A stretch of 64,000 bases of DNA. Source: Ruminococcus sp. Its GTDB lineage: Bacteria > Bacillota > Clostridia > Oscillospirales > Acutalibacteraceae. A model generated the notes under the pieces. The model searched no databases, had not been told where the DNA came from, and saw only the letters and a program-made list of their open reading frames with translations. The stretch is from positions 8,961 to 72,960 of the forward strand of contig JALELS010000026.1 of assembly GCA_022768065.1 (NCBI GenBank). Reading direction: 5' to 3'. Of the stretch, positions 27,319 through 35,148 are shown one piece after another (the first letter of the stretch is position 1; every line of letters starts with the position of its first letter). The position numbers were made by a program, and so were the translations under genes.

Positions 27319-27702
27319 TCAGTATGTAATCACGTCTATATTTTCGGAAGCGCCTTTTACGCTTACAACCGTTTTAAGCGGCACACACACAGCACTTTCC
27401 CCCGAACGGTTCAGTTTTCCCGTTCTCATACATATCTTGTCTTTACACGGGGCGCTTTCAACCCATATTTCGCCGTTTTCGGCGGCTATTACCATACCGT
27501 TGTCGAGAGTGAACTCGCGTTTTTCCTTAACCTCGTCGAGAGACAGCGACAAAACCGTTGCGCCGTCCGACGTGACAACGGCGGTAAGCGATGTTTTTGC
27601 CCTCGTATATTTATACGCCGTCAGCGCCGCAATTACTATAACAGTAAAAATTATAAGCGCCGCGCCGTGCTTTCCCAAAAGCTTTCTTTCCATATCAGAC
27701 AA
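27319..27702 (-). CDS. NusG domain II-containing protein (DUF1312-like), membrane anchored
   Basis: 127 aa with an N-terminal TM helix and the characteristic CKDKICMRTGKL...AVCVPLK pattern of NusG_II proteins. Overlaps apbE by 8 nt. Confidence 0.72.
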   Translation of the reverse strand: MSDMERKLLGKHGAALIIFTVIVIAALTAYKYTRAKTSLTAVVTSDGATVLSLSLDEVKEKREFTLDNGMVIAAENGEIWVESAPCKDKICMRTGKLNRSGESAVCVPLKTVVSVKGASENIDVITY

Positions 27703-28735
27703 AAGAGTAATCGCTGTTTGTTATTTTCACATACGGCTTTATGCCGTCCGTCGCAAAAACGGTTTTATCCTTATAAACAAACACCGCGTCCGCATTGTAC
27801 TTTTCAAGTATCGGCAGAGACTCTTCCTTTCCGAGAATAAAACAGAGCGTTGACAGAGCGTCGCTCAAAAGCCCCGTGGGAGCCTTTACCGTAACGCTTG
27901 TAAGCTCCGTTTGCACCGGATAGCCGGTGGTCAAATCCAAAATGTGAAAATATGTTTTTCCGTCCTCGGCGGTAAATCTTTTTTCGTAATCGCCCGAGGT
28001 GGATATGAAAGCGTCGTTAAGCGACAGTACCGCAAAATAATCGTTTTCCGATTTGTACGGGTCGCGTATTCCGACAGACCACGTCTTGCTTTTTTGCGGC
28101 AAACCGTATGTTGCAACGCTGCCGCCGACGGAAATTACGGCGCCTGTTATTTTGCCGCCCTGCGAATTTATTTCGTTTATCCTGTTCACCGCTTCGTCAA
28201 GGGCTATTCCCTTGCCGGCAGAACCGAGATTGAGCTTTGCGCCGTCGGGGATATAAACCGTGTTGCCGTCGCCGAAAATCAGCTTGTCGTCACCGCATTT
28301 TTCCTTTGCGGATAAAATTTCATCTTCGCTCGGGAGTCGAAAATCGTCCGTATCAAAGCCCCAAAGCTCCGTCAGCGCACCAGACAAAACGGCAGCTTTT
28401 TCGTGAGACGCAGAATACACCGAAGCAACGCTTTTAAGTTCGTCGTAAGTCTCTTTGCTCACCGCTGCTCCGCGTTCACCCGAGGAATTTACTCTGTATA
28501 TATCGCTGCCCTCATGATTTTTTGAAATGCGCTCGTCCGTTTTAACCACTTCAGCCAAAAGGTTTGCATTTTCCAAAGCCGAAGCGTCTTTTCCGTACAG
28601 CTTTATACCGACAAAAGAGCCCATGGAAAATCCCGTCTGCTCCGCCGATTTTGTATTTGCCGAGCACGAAGACAGCTCAAACAGCAAAACAAGGCAAAAC
28701 ACAGCGGCAATAAGTTTTTTAAACGACCTTGCCAA
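27695..28735 (-). CDS. apbE: FAD:protein FMN transferase (ApbE family) lipoprotein
   Basis: Lipobox LFELSSC. ApbE-like core (LNLGSAGKGIALDEA, AVISVGGSV, AFISTSGDYEK, HILDLTTGYP). TTG start with GAGGTG 7 nt upstream. Confidence 0.9.
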   Translation of the reverse strand: MARSFKKLIAAVFCLVLLFELSSCSANTKSAEQTGFSMGSFVGIKLYGKDASALENANLLAEVVKTDERISKNHEGSDIYRVNSSGERGAAVSKETYDELKSVASVYSASHEKAAVLSGALTELWGFDTDDFRLPSEDEILSAKEKCGDDKLIFGDGNTVYIPDGAKLNLGSAGKGIALDEAVNRINEINSQGGKITGAVISVGGSVATYGLPQKSKTWSVGIRDPYKSENDYFAVLSLNDAFISTSGDYEKRFTAEDGKTYFHILDLTTGYPVQTELTSVTVKAPTGLLSDALSTLCFILGKEESLPILEKYNADAVFVYKDKTVFATDGIKPYVKITNSDYSFV

Positions 28736-28780
28736 GCTTGTTTCACCTCACAGTTGCCTAATGTGACGACACTACAATTA

Positions 28781-28809
28781 AATATACAATATTTCGCGGA
28801 TTAGTTCAA
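28781..28809 (-). promoter_or_regulatory. Candidate promoter of the apbE-rnf operon
   Basis: Minus strand reads TTGAAC (28809-28804), a 17-nt spacer, then TATATT (28786-28781). Confidence 0.45.
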
Positions 28810-28810
28810 G

Positions 28811-28836
28811 CAAAGTTTGAAAATTAACAAAGTTTG
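28811..28836. promoter_or_regulatory. Two copies of near-palindromic box CAAAGTTTG, 17-bp period, abutting the -35 element
   Basis: Exact 9-mers at 28811-28819 and 28828-28836. Confidence 0.35.
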
Positions 28837-28870
28837 CGTTGTAAAACTTTTCCTTTTGTCTTAAGCAAAC

Positions 28871-28918
28871 AAAATTTTCGGGGAAACAAAGCACAAGGCA
28901 ATGTTCCCCCGAAAAAAA
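28871..28918 (-). terminator. Terminator of the ABC exporter operon
   Basis: Minus strand reads TTTCGGGGGAAC-loop-GTTTCCCCGAAAATTTTGTTT, starting 12 nt after the stop at 28930. Confidence 0.55.
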
Positions 28919-28929
28919 TTACGGATATT

Positions 28930-30825
28930 TTATGACAATTCAAACTGACCGGTATACAGCTGATAATATTTACCGTGCTGTTTAATCAGGTCGTCATGAC
29001 TGCCGCGCTCTATTATTTTACCGTGTTCAAGCACCATTATGGCGTCCGCATTGCGTACCGTGGATAATCTGTGAGCTATTACAAAGGTGGTTCTGCCCTT
29101 CATCAGCTTATCCATACCTTTTTCTATAAGGTGCTCGGTGCGGGTATCTATGGAGCTTGTAGCCTCGTCGAGTACGAGTACGGGCGGATCCGCCACAGCC
29201 GCTCTCGCAATCGCAAGGAGCTGTCTTTGACCCTGGCTCAGGTTTGCGCCGTCGCCGGTTATAACCGTATCGTAACCGTCGGGAAGTCTCGTTATAAACG
29301 AATCGGCGTTGGCGAGCTTTGCGGCGTTCACAACCTCTTCGTGAGTCGCGTCAAGCTTGCCGTAGCGGATATTGTCTTCGATTGTACCCGTAAACAGGTG
29401 TGTGTCCTGAAGTACCATCGAGAGCGAGGAGCGAAGATCGCTCTTGCATATTTTTTGGATATTTATTCCGTCATAACGGATTTTGCCCTTTTGTATTTCA
29501 TAAAAACGGTTGAGCAAATTGGTTATTGTGGTTTTGCCTGCGCCCGTGGAGCCGACAAACGCAATTTTCTGACCGGGTTTTGCATAGAGCGAAACATCGT
29601 CGAGAACCGTCTTTTTGCCGTCATAGCTGAAGTACACGTCCTCAAACACAACGTCGCCCTCAAGCTTCTGATAGGTTACGGTGTTGTCGCCGCTGTGCGG
29701 ATGCTTCCATGCCCAAAGACCCGTATGCTCTTTGCACTCGGTTAAATTTCCGTTCTCGTCGTATTTTGCGTTTACGAGCTTTACATAACCGTTATCCTCT
29801 TCCGGCTTGCTGTCGATAACGTCAAATATACGCTCGGCACCTGCCAAAGCCGCAAGTATATTATTTACCTGCTGAGAGAGGTTTGATATGGGCTGTGAAA
29901 ACGATCTTGAATACTGTAAAAACGAACTTATTGTACCGATTGTGGTAAAGCCGCCTATGCAGAGAAGTCCGCCTGTCATGGCAATTACGGCATAATTGAT
30001 ATTTGAGAGGTTACCCATTATGGGCATCAAAACGCTCGCAAAGGTATTTGCGTTGGTTGAGGAATGTTTAAGCGCATTGTTAAGCACGGCAAATTCCTCT
30101 TTGACGTTTTCCTCGTGATTGAATACCTTTATGACCTTTTGACCCTCTATTGTCTCTTCGATGTAGCCGTTTGCCGCTCCGATATCTTTTTGCTGTTTCT
30201 TGAAGTACAGCGCGCTCTTGCCGCCTATAACCTTGATAACAATCAGCATAATTATAAGCATCAGAATTACGAGAAGCGTGAGCTGCCAGCTGAGATACAG
30301 CATCATGGCAAATGTTGAGATAACGCTGATAACCGAGGAAATCACCTGCACAAAACCGTTGCTCAGGAAATTTCGAACGGTATCGACGTCGTTTGTATAA
30401 CGGCTCATAAGGTCGCCATGGGTGTGAGTGTCAAAATAGCTTATCGGCAAATCCTGCATCTTATCGAAGAGGTCGCGCCTTATCGTGTTTACCGTACCCT
30501 GTGACACCTGTATCATAAGTCTTGCATACACGTAGGTGGCTGCCGAACTGAATACAAACAACAGCGCCATTTTCAGAAGCGTTTTTGCTATGGCGCCGAT
30601 ATCGGGTGCCATGGTTCCGTTTGTCATGGGAACAAGATAGTTATCTATGATTATTTTTATAAAATATGAGGACGCAACCATTCCGGCAGAGCTTAAAAGG
30701 ACAAAGATTACAACAAGAATCAGAAGTCCTTTTGACTTGCCGAGGTAAGAGCCGAGTTTTGAAACTGTCTTACCGAGATTTTTCGGCTTTTGGAAGCTGC
30801 CCTGTCCCCTTTGAGGTTTCGGCAT
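28930..30825 (-). CDS. ABC exporter, fused permease/ATPase (heterodimer partner B)
   Basis: 631 aa with a 6-TM type I exporter domain and an NBD carrying Walker A GSTGAGKTT, signature LSQGQRQ and Walker B LVLDEATS. Confidence 0.9.
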   Translation of the reverse strand: MPKPQRGQGSFQKPKNLGKTVSKLGSYLGKSKGLLILVVIFVLLSSAGMVASSYFIKIIIDNYLVPMTNGTMAPDIGAIAKTLLKMALLFVFSSAATYVYARLMIQVSQGTVNTIRRDLFDKMQDLPISYFDTHTHGDLMSRYTNDVDTVRNFLSNGFVQVISSVISVISTFAMMLYLSWQLTLLVILMLIIMLIVIKVIGGKSALYFKKQQKDIGAANGYIEETIEGQKVIKVFNHEENVKEEFAVLNNALKHSSTNANTFASVLMPIMGNLSNINYAVIAMTGGLLCIGGFTTIGTISSFLQYSRSFSQPISNLSQQVNNILAALAGAERIFDVIDSKPEEDNGYVKLVNAKYDENGNLTECKEHTGLWAWKHPHSGDNTVTYQKLEGDVVFEDVYFSYDGKKTVLDDVSLYAKPGQKIAFVGSTGAGKTTITNLLNRFYEIQKGKIRYDGINIQKICKSDLRSSLSMVLQDTHLFTGTIEDNIRYGKLDATHEEVVNAAKLANADSFITRLPDGYDTVITGDGANLSQGQRQLLAIARAAVADPPVLVLDEATSSIDTRTEHLIEKGMDKLMKGRTTFVIAHRLSTVRNADAIMVLEHGKIIERGSHDDLIKQHGKYYQLYTGQFELS

Positions 30826-32567
30826 CAGTTCTCGCCTCCTTCGTCTTTATTGCCCTTCTGCTGAGAAGTATATACTTCGCGGTATATTTCGCTTCGCTCC
30901 ATAAGCTCCGAATGCGAGCCTATATCGGTTATCTTGCCGTCGTCGAGGACTATGATTTTGTCGGCGTCCTCAACGGAGCTTATTCTCTGGGCAATTATTA
31001 TCTTTGTGGTATTCGGTATATCATTTTTGAACGCCTCGCGGATTTTGGAATCCGTAAACGTATCTACCGCGCTCGTGGAGTCGTCAAGAATGAGTATTTT
31101 GGGTTTCTTTAAGAGAGCACGCGCAATGCAAAGGCGCTGTTTCTGACCGCCCGATACATTGACGCCGCCCTGACCGAGGTCGGTATTGTAGCCGTCAGGG
31201 AAGTTCATTACGAAGTCGTGAGCCTGAGCTGCCTTACAGGCGTCTATTACCTCCTGCTCGGTGGCGTTTTCGTCGCCCCAGCGGAGGTTATCCATAATAG
31301 TGCCCGAGAAAAGTACGTTTTTCTGAAGCACCATGCTTACCGCCTCGCGAAGTTCAAACAGCTTGTATTTTTTTACGTTTTCGCCGCCTACAAGAACCTC
31401 GCCGTCCGTTACGTCGTAAAGTCTCGGAATAAGGCTTACGAGCGTTGTTTTTGCGCTTCCCGTTCCGCCTATAACGCCAACGGTTTCGCCGGGATTTATC
31501 TTGAAGTTTGCACCGTCTATGACATTCTTTTTACCGTCGGCTCTGTATTTGAAGCTTACGTTTCTGAATTCTACGGAACCGTCCTTAACTTTAAGGTCGG
31601 GCAGAGCGTCGTCGTCATTTATGTCGGGTTTTTCTTCGAGCACCTCGGCGATACGTGCCGCGGCAGCTCTTGACATAACATACTGTACCAATATCATGGC
31701 TATCATTATGACGGACATAAGTATCATCATAACGTAGGTCGTAAGAGTACTGAATTTTCCTATCTCCATATTACCCTTTAATATGAGCTTTGAGCTGATA
31801 TAGGTAATTGTGAGTATGGTGCCGTACATCAAAAACATCATCAGCGGCTGCGCCATTACCATCATTTTTTCGGCGCTTACGGACGCTTCCATAAGGTCGT
31901 CGTTTGCCTTTTTAAACTTTTTCTTTTCGTAATCCTCGCGGACAAACGCCTTTACTACGCGCATTGCGATAAGGTTTTCCTGAACCGAAGCATTGAGCCC
32001 GTCGAACATATTAAACACCTTTTTAAAGCGCTTTATCGCAACAGGTCCGAATATTACAAGGAATATTATAATTACCGGAACAACCACGAGGAAGGTATTT
32101 GATACCGTTTTGCTTATTTTAAAGCTCATTGTGAGCGCGATTATAAACATAAGCGGCGCTCTGAAAAAGATTCGCAGCATCATCATATACATATTCTGTA
32201 TCTGCGTAACGTCGGTAGTCATTCGCGTTACGAGAGAAGCTGTGCTGAACTTGTCGATATTCGAGAACGAGAAATTCTGAATACTCTCATACATAGCAGT
32301 GCGAAGATTTGTACCGAAGCCCATACTTGCAACGGACGCGAGCCTTGCCGCGGTGGCGCCGCAGAAAAGCGAGCCTATCGCCATAAGTACCATTTTAAGG
32401 CCTATTTCGATAATGTACTTTTTGTCGCCGTTCGGTATGCCTACGTCGATTATATACGACATATAAAACGGCAGCATAAGCTCGAGCACTACTTCGCCGG
32501 TCATAAGTATAGGACAGATTATCGACTGCCAAGTATACTGCTTTGCGTATTTCATAAGTTTACGCAT
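30825..32567 (-). CDS. ABC exporter, fused permease/ATPase (heterodimer partner A)
   Basis: 580 aa with Walker A GGTGSAKTT, signature VSGGQKQR and Walker B ILILDDSTS. Its stop overlaps the downstream start. Confidence 0.9.
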   Translation of the reverse strand: MRKLMKYAKQYTWQSIICPILMTGEVVLELMLPFYMSYIIDVGIPNGDKKYIIEIGLKMVLMAIGSLFCGATAARLASVASMGFGTNLRTAMYESIQNFSFSNIDKFSTASLVTRMTTDVTQIQNMYMMMLRIFFRAPLMFIIALTMSFKISKTVSNTFLVVVPVIIIFLVIFGPVAIKRFKKVFNMFDGLNASVQENLIAMRVVKAFVREDYEKKKFKKANDDLMEASVSAEKMMVMAQPLMMFLMYGTILTITYISSKLILKGNMEIGKFSTLTTYVMMILMSVIMIAMILVQYVMSRAAAARIAEVLEEKPDINDDDALPDLKVKDGSVEFRNVSFKYRADGKKNVIDGANFKINPGETVGVIGGTGSAKTTLVSLIPRLYDVTDGEVLVGGENVKKYKLFELREAVSMVLQKNVLFSGTIMDNLRWGDENATEQEVIDACKAAQAHDFVMNFPDGYNTDLGQGGVNVSGGQKQRLCIARALLKKPKILILDDSTSAVDTFTDSKIREAFKNDIPNTTKIIIAQRISSVEDADKIIVLDDGKITDIGSHSELMERSEIYREVYTSQQKGNKDEGGEN

Positions 32568-33057
32568 TGCCGTCGCCTCCTTTTTCGTGTGATCTCATCA
32601 TCATTTCCATAATAGCTTTTTCGCTCGGAACATCGTCCGAAATATTGTCAATAAGACGGTCAAGGAAATTGTTAAGAAGTGAAAGCTCCTCTTTTGAAAA
32701 GCCGCCGAACATTCTCTTATCCATCTTATCGAACTGACAGTGTATATATTCGGTACGCTGCATACCCTTTTCGGTGAGAGCTATCCTGTTGCAGCGCAGG
32801 TCGTTTTCATCTGAAATTTTTGTGATAAGCCCGCTCTTTTGCATTCGTTTTACGGATACGGCAACCGAGGACGGCGAAACATTTATACCGTCGGAAAGCT
32901 CCTTTTGCGTGCATTTGCCGTGCTCGCTTAAATAATCGAGCACCGGCGGCTGACCGAAATACACACCGCTGTCACGAAGCATTTTATGCATGGCATAGCG
33001 CTTGTAACAGTCGAGTTTGTTCATCTTAAAGACCAATTCTTTAAGTTCTGAAGCCAA
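32560..33057 (-). CDS. MarR family transcriptional regulator
   Basis: 165 aa with a winged-HTH (CTQKELSDGINVSPSSVAVSVKRMQKSGLI...DLRCNRIALTEKG). Overlaps the ABC gene by 8 nt. Confidence 0.9.
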   Translation of the reverse strand: MASELKELVFKMNKLDCYKRYAMHKMLRDSGVYFGQPPVLDYLSEHGKCTQKELSDGINVSPSSVAVSVKRMQKSGLITKISDENDLRCNRIALTEKGMQRTEYIHCQFDKMDKRMFGGFSKEELSLLNNFLDRLIDNISDDVPSEKAIMEMMMRSHEKGGDGNA

Positions 33058-33120
33058 AGCTTTTTTCCTCCTTTCGTATAATCAAACAAAGCCGCGCAAG
33101 ATTGCGGCATTAAAATAAAC

Positions 33121-33172
33121 CGGTTTATAATTAGTCGGTTTATAATCAATCGGTTTACTTATTGTAATACCG
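33121..33172. promoter_or_regulatory. Phased CGGTTTA direct repeats (candidate MarR operator array)
   Basis: CGGTTTA starts at 33121, 33136 and 33151, an exact 15-bp period. An inverted partial copy (TACCG) lies at 33168-33172. The array sits 64-115 nt upstream of the marR start. Confidence 0.45.
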
Positions 33173-33303
33173 ATTTTTTTTATTGTCAACAAAAAGTTTA
33201 AAAATTAAAACAATTTACAAGTCCGCCTGTATCAATGCCCGTGGGACTTTAATAGACATTTTGTCCGTAAGTGTCGTACCCAATTCGGAACAATGCGCTT
33301 TTT

Positions 33304-33332
33304 TTGACGGTATGTATGAAAAAACTTATACA
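33304..33332 (+). promoter_or_regulatory. Candidate sigma-70 promoter in front of the phage-like head module
   Basis: TTGACG (33304-33309), a 17-nt spacer, then TATACA (33327-33332). Confidence 0.4.
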
Positions 33333-33400
33333 AAAATCACAAGGACAAAAACAAAGCGGCGTCTTTCTTTTTAAAGCGCACCGCAAAGGGAGGAATTTTT

Positions 33401-33892
33401 ACGGACAGGCAAAGTCTTAAAAAACGCGAAAAGGATTTCTGCCGCGAATACATATACTGCGGAAATCCAAAGGAGGCAGCGCAAAATGCGGGGTACACGG
33501 TTTTTCCGCAGCTGTGCGGCATACGGCTGCTCACCGACAGAAGAATTAAAGCCGAAATAGCCGCGCTCGAAAAGCAGGCGGCAGCCACAAGAGCCGAGGC
33601 GCTCAGGGGCTATCGCCGAATAGCATTCGGCAGTATAGCGGACGCGGTAAAGCTTGTTTTGCTCAGTGACGGTGAGCCTTGCGATGCCGAAAAGCTCGAC
33701 CTTTTTAATGTGGCAGAAATCAAGAAGCCGCGCGGCGGAGGAATGGAAATCAAGTTTTTTGACCGACTGAAAGCACTTGAGAGAATAGAAGTGCTTTCCT
33801 CCGCCGAGAGCGACAAATCCTCTATGTCGCTTTACAGAGCTATTGAAAATTCGGCAAGGGCATCCTCCGGGGGACAAGAAGATGACTGTTGA
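33401..33892 (+). CDS. terS: Phage terminase small subunit (HTH type) with no canonical start codon
   Basis: The frame is open from 33320. My translation (TDRQSLKKREKDFCREYIYCGNPKEAAQNAGYT...DRLKALERIEVL) fits Terminase_2-type TerS. There is no in-frame ATG/GTG/TTG before 33659. GGGAGG (33388-33393) sits 7 nt upstream of the ACG at 33401. The track only reports the C-terminal 77 aa. Confidence 0.62.
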   Translation, partial: TDRQSLKKREKDFCREYIYCGNPKEAAQNAGYTVFPQLCGIRLLTDRRIKAEIAALEKQAAATRAEALRGYRRIAFGSIADAVKLVLLSDGEPCDAEKLDLFNVAEIKKPRGGGMEIKFFDRLKALERIEVLSSAESDKSSMSLYRAIENSARASSGGQEDDC

Positions 33893-35132
33893 TTCATTCA
33901 AAAGTTTTTCAAAAAAGCAGCTTGTTTTACTTAACTGGTGGACCGACTCTTCGCCGTATAAAGACCGCGACGCGATAATCTGCGACGGCTCCGTGAGAAG
34001 CGGCAAAACGGTATGTATGTTTCTCTCATTTATATTTTGGGCATTTTATATGTTTTCAGACAGCGACTTTGCCATCTGCGGCAAAACCATAGCCTCTCTG
34101 CGGCGAAACATAATAACGCCCATGCTGCCCATGCTGCGTTCGCTCGGCTTTAACTACGATAACAGCTTATCAAAAAACAAGATAATCATAAAAAAAGACG
34201 GGCGCGAAAACCGTTTTTATATTTTCGGCGGAAAAGATGAAAGTTCTGCGGCGCTGATACAGGGTATGACTCTTTCGGGCGTTATGCTCGACGAGACGGC
34301 GCTTATGCCGCGCTCCTTTTGCGAACAGGCAATAGCGCGCTGTTCCGTTGACAATTCGCGTCTTTGGTTTAACTGCAATCCCGAAAATCCGTCGCATTGG
34401 TTCTATACGGAATGGATAAAAAAGGCGGTAGATAAAAACTGTCTATACCTGCACTTTACCATGGACGACAATCCCTCGCTGTCGGAAGAAATTAAACAGC
34501 GCTATAAAAATCTTTACAGCGGCTCATTTTACAAGAGATTTATCGAGGGCAAATGGGTCAGTTGCGACGGCGCGGTTTACCCTTTTTTCGACAGCTCATA
34601 TATATACGACGTGCCCGCGGGGATTACGAAATATTTTGTATCCTGCGACTACGGCACGGTAAATCCGACATCTATGGGGCTTTGGGGTGAAAAAGACGGC
34701 ACCTTTTTCAGAGTGGATGAATTCTACCACGATTCAAGGCAGAAAGGCTTTCAGATGACCGATGAGGAATATTACCGTTCGCTTACAACTCTCATCGGCG
34801 ACAAAAAAGTGGATTACGCGGTAGTTGACCCCTCAGCCGCAAGCTTCATTGAATGTATAAAAAGGCACGGGAAAATACGTGTGGTGCGTGCCGACAACGA
34901 CGTTGTAAAAGGCATACGCAAAACGTCGGACGCGCTGAAATCCGGCAGGATAAAAATCTGCAAACCGTGCCGCGACACCATACGTGAGTTTTCATTATAT
35001 CGCTGGGACGAGAGTGCAAAATACGACGCCCCGCGCAAGGAAAATGACCACGCTATGGACGACATACGATATTTCGTTATGTCACTCGAAAACTCCGCCG
35101 ACGGCTTTTTTGCCGTTTCGGTGGAACGGTGA
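33882..35132 (+). CDS. terL: Phage terminase large subunit (PBSX-like)
   Basis: Walker A GSVRSGKT, Walker B-like GVMLDETA, and a C-terminal RNaseH-like nuclease region (VDPSAASFI, HAMDDIRY). The ATG at 33882 overlaps the terS end by 11 nt. Confidence 0.9.
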   Translation: MTVDSFKSFSKKQLVLLNWWTDSSPYKDRDAIICDGSVRSGKTVCMFLSFIFWAFYMFSDSDFAICGKTIASLRRNIITPMLPMLRSLGFNYDNSLSKNKIIIKKDGRENRFYIFGGKDESSAALIQGMTLSGVMLDETALMPRSFCEQAIARCSVDNSRLWFNCNPENPSHWFYTEWIKKAVDKNCLYLHFTMDDNPSLSEEIKQRYKNLYSGSFYKRFIEGKWVSCDGAVYPFFDSSYIYDVPAGITKYFVSCDYGTVNPTSMGLWGEKDGTFFRVDEFYHDSRQKGFQMTDEEYYRSLTTLIGDKKVDYAVVDPSAASFIECIKRHGKIRVVRADNDVVKGIRKTSDALKSGRIKICKPCRDTIREFSLYRWDESAKYDAPRKENDHAMDDIRYFVMSLENSADGFFAVSVER

Positions 35133-35148
35133 AAGGAGGAAATTATGC

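Noticed and set aside
26217-27853. Plus-strand ORFs of 190-266 aa (26217-26885, 27040-27840, 27281-27853)
   Set aside because: Antisense to rnfC, the Gx transporter, the NusG_II gene and apbE, all of which have recognisable family motifs and tight operon packing.
28800-28840. Rex operator upstream of the rnf operon
   Set aside because: Only a left half-site-like TTGTTAA is present. The required right half (TTAACAA or TTCACAA) at N4 spacing is absent.
33183-33374. 63-aa plus-strand ORF upstream of terS (a possible small phage regulator)
   Set aside because: TTG start without an SD, Lys/Thr-rich low-complexity translation, and overlap with the promoter candidates.
33371-34006. 211-aa minus-strand ORF across the terS/terL junction
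   Set aside because: It is antisense to recognisable terminase sequences. It is probably the reason the true terS frame, which has no canonical start, is under-represented in the track.
34984-35148. N-terminal 55-codon extension of the portal ORF given in the track
   Set aside because: It would overlap terL by 149 nt. An SD followed by TTG at 35149, directly after the terL stop, gives a typical portal N-terminus (MKLFRSGK).
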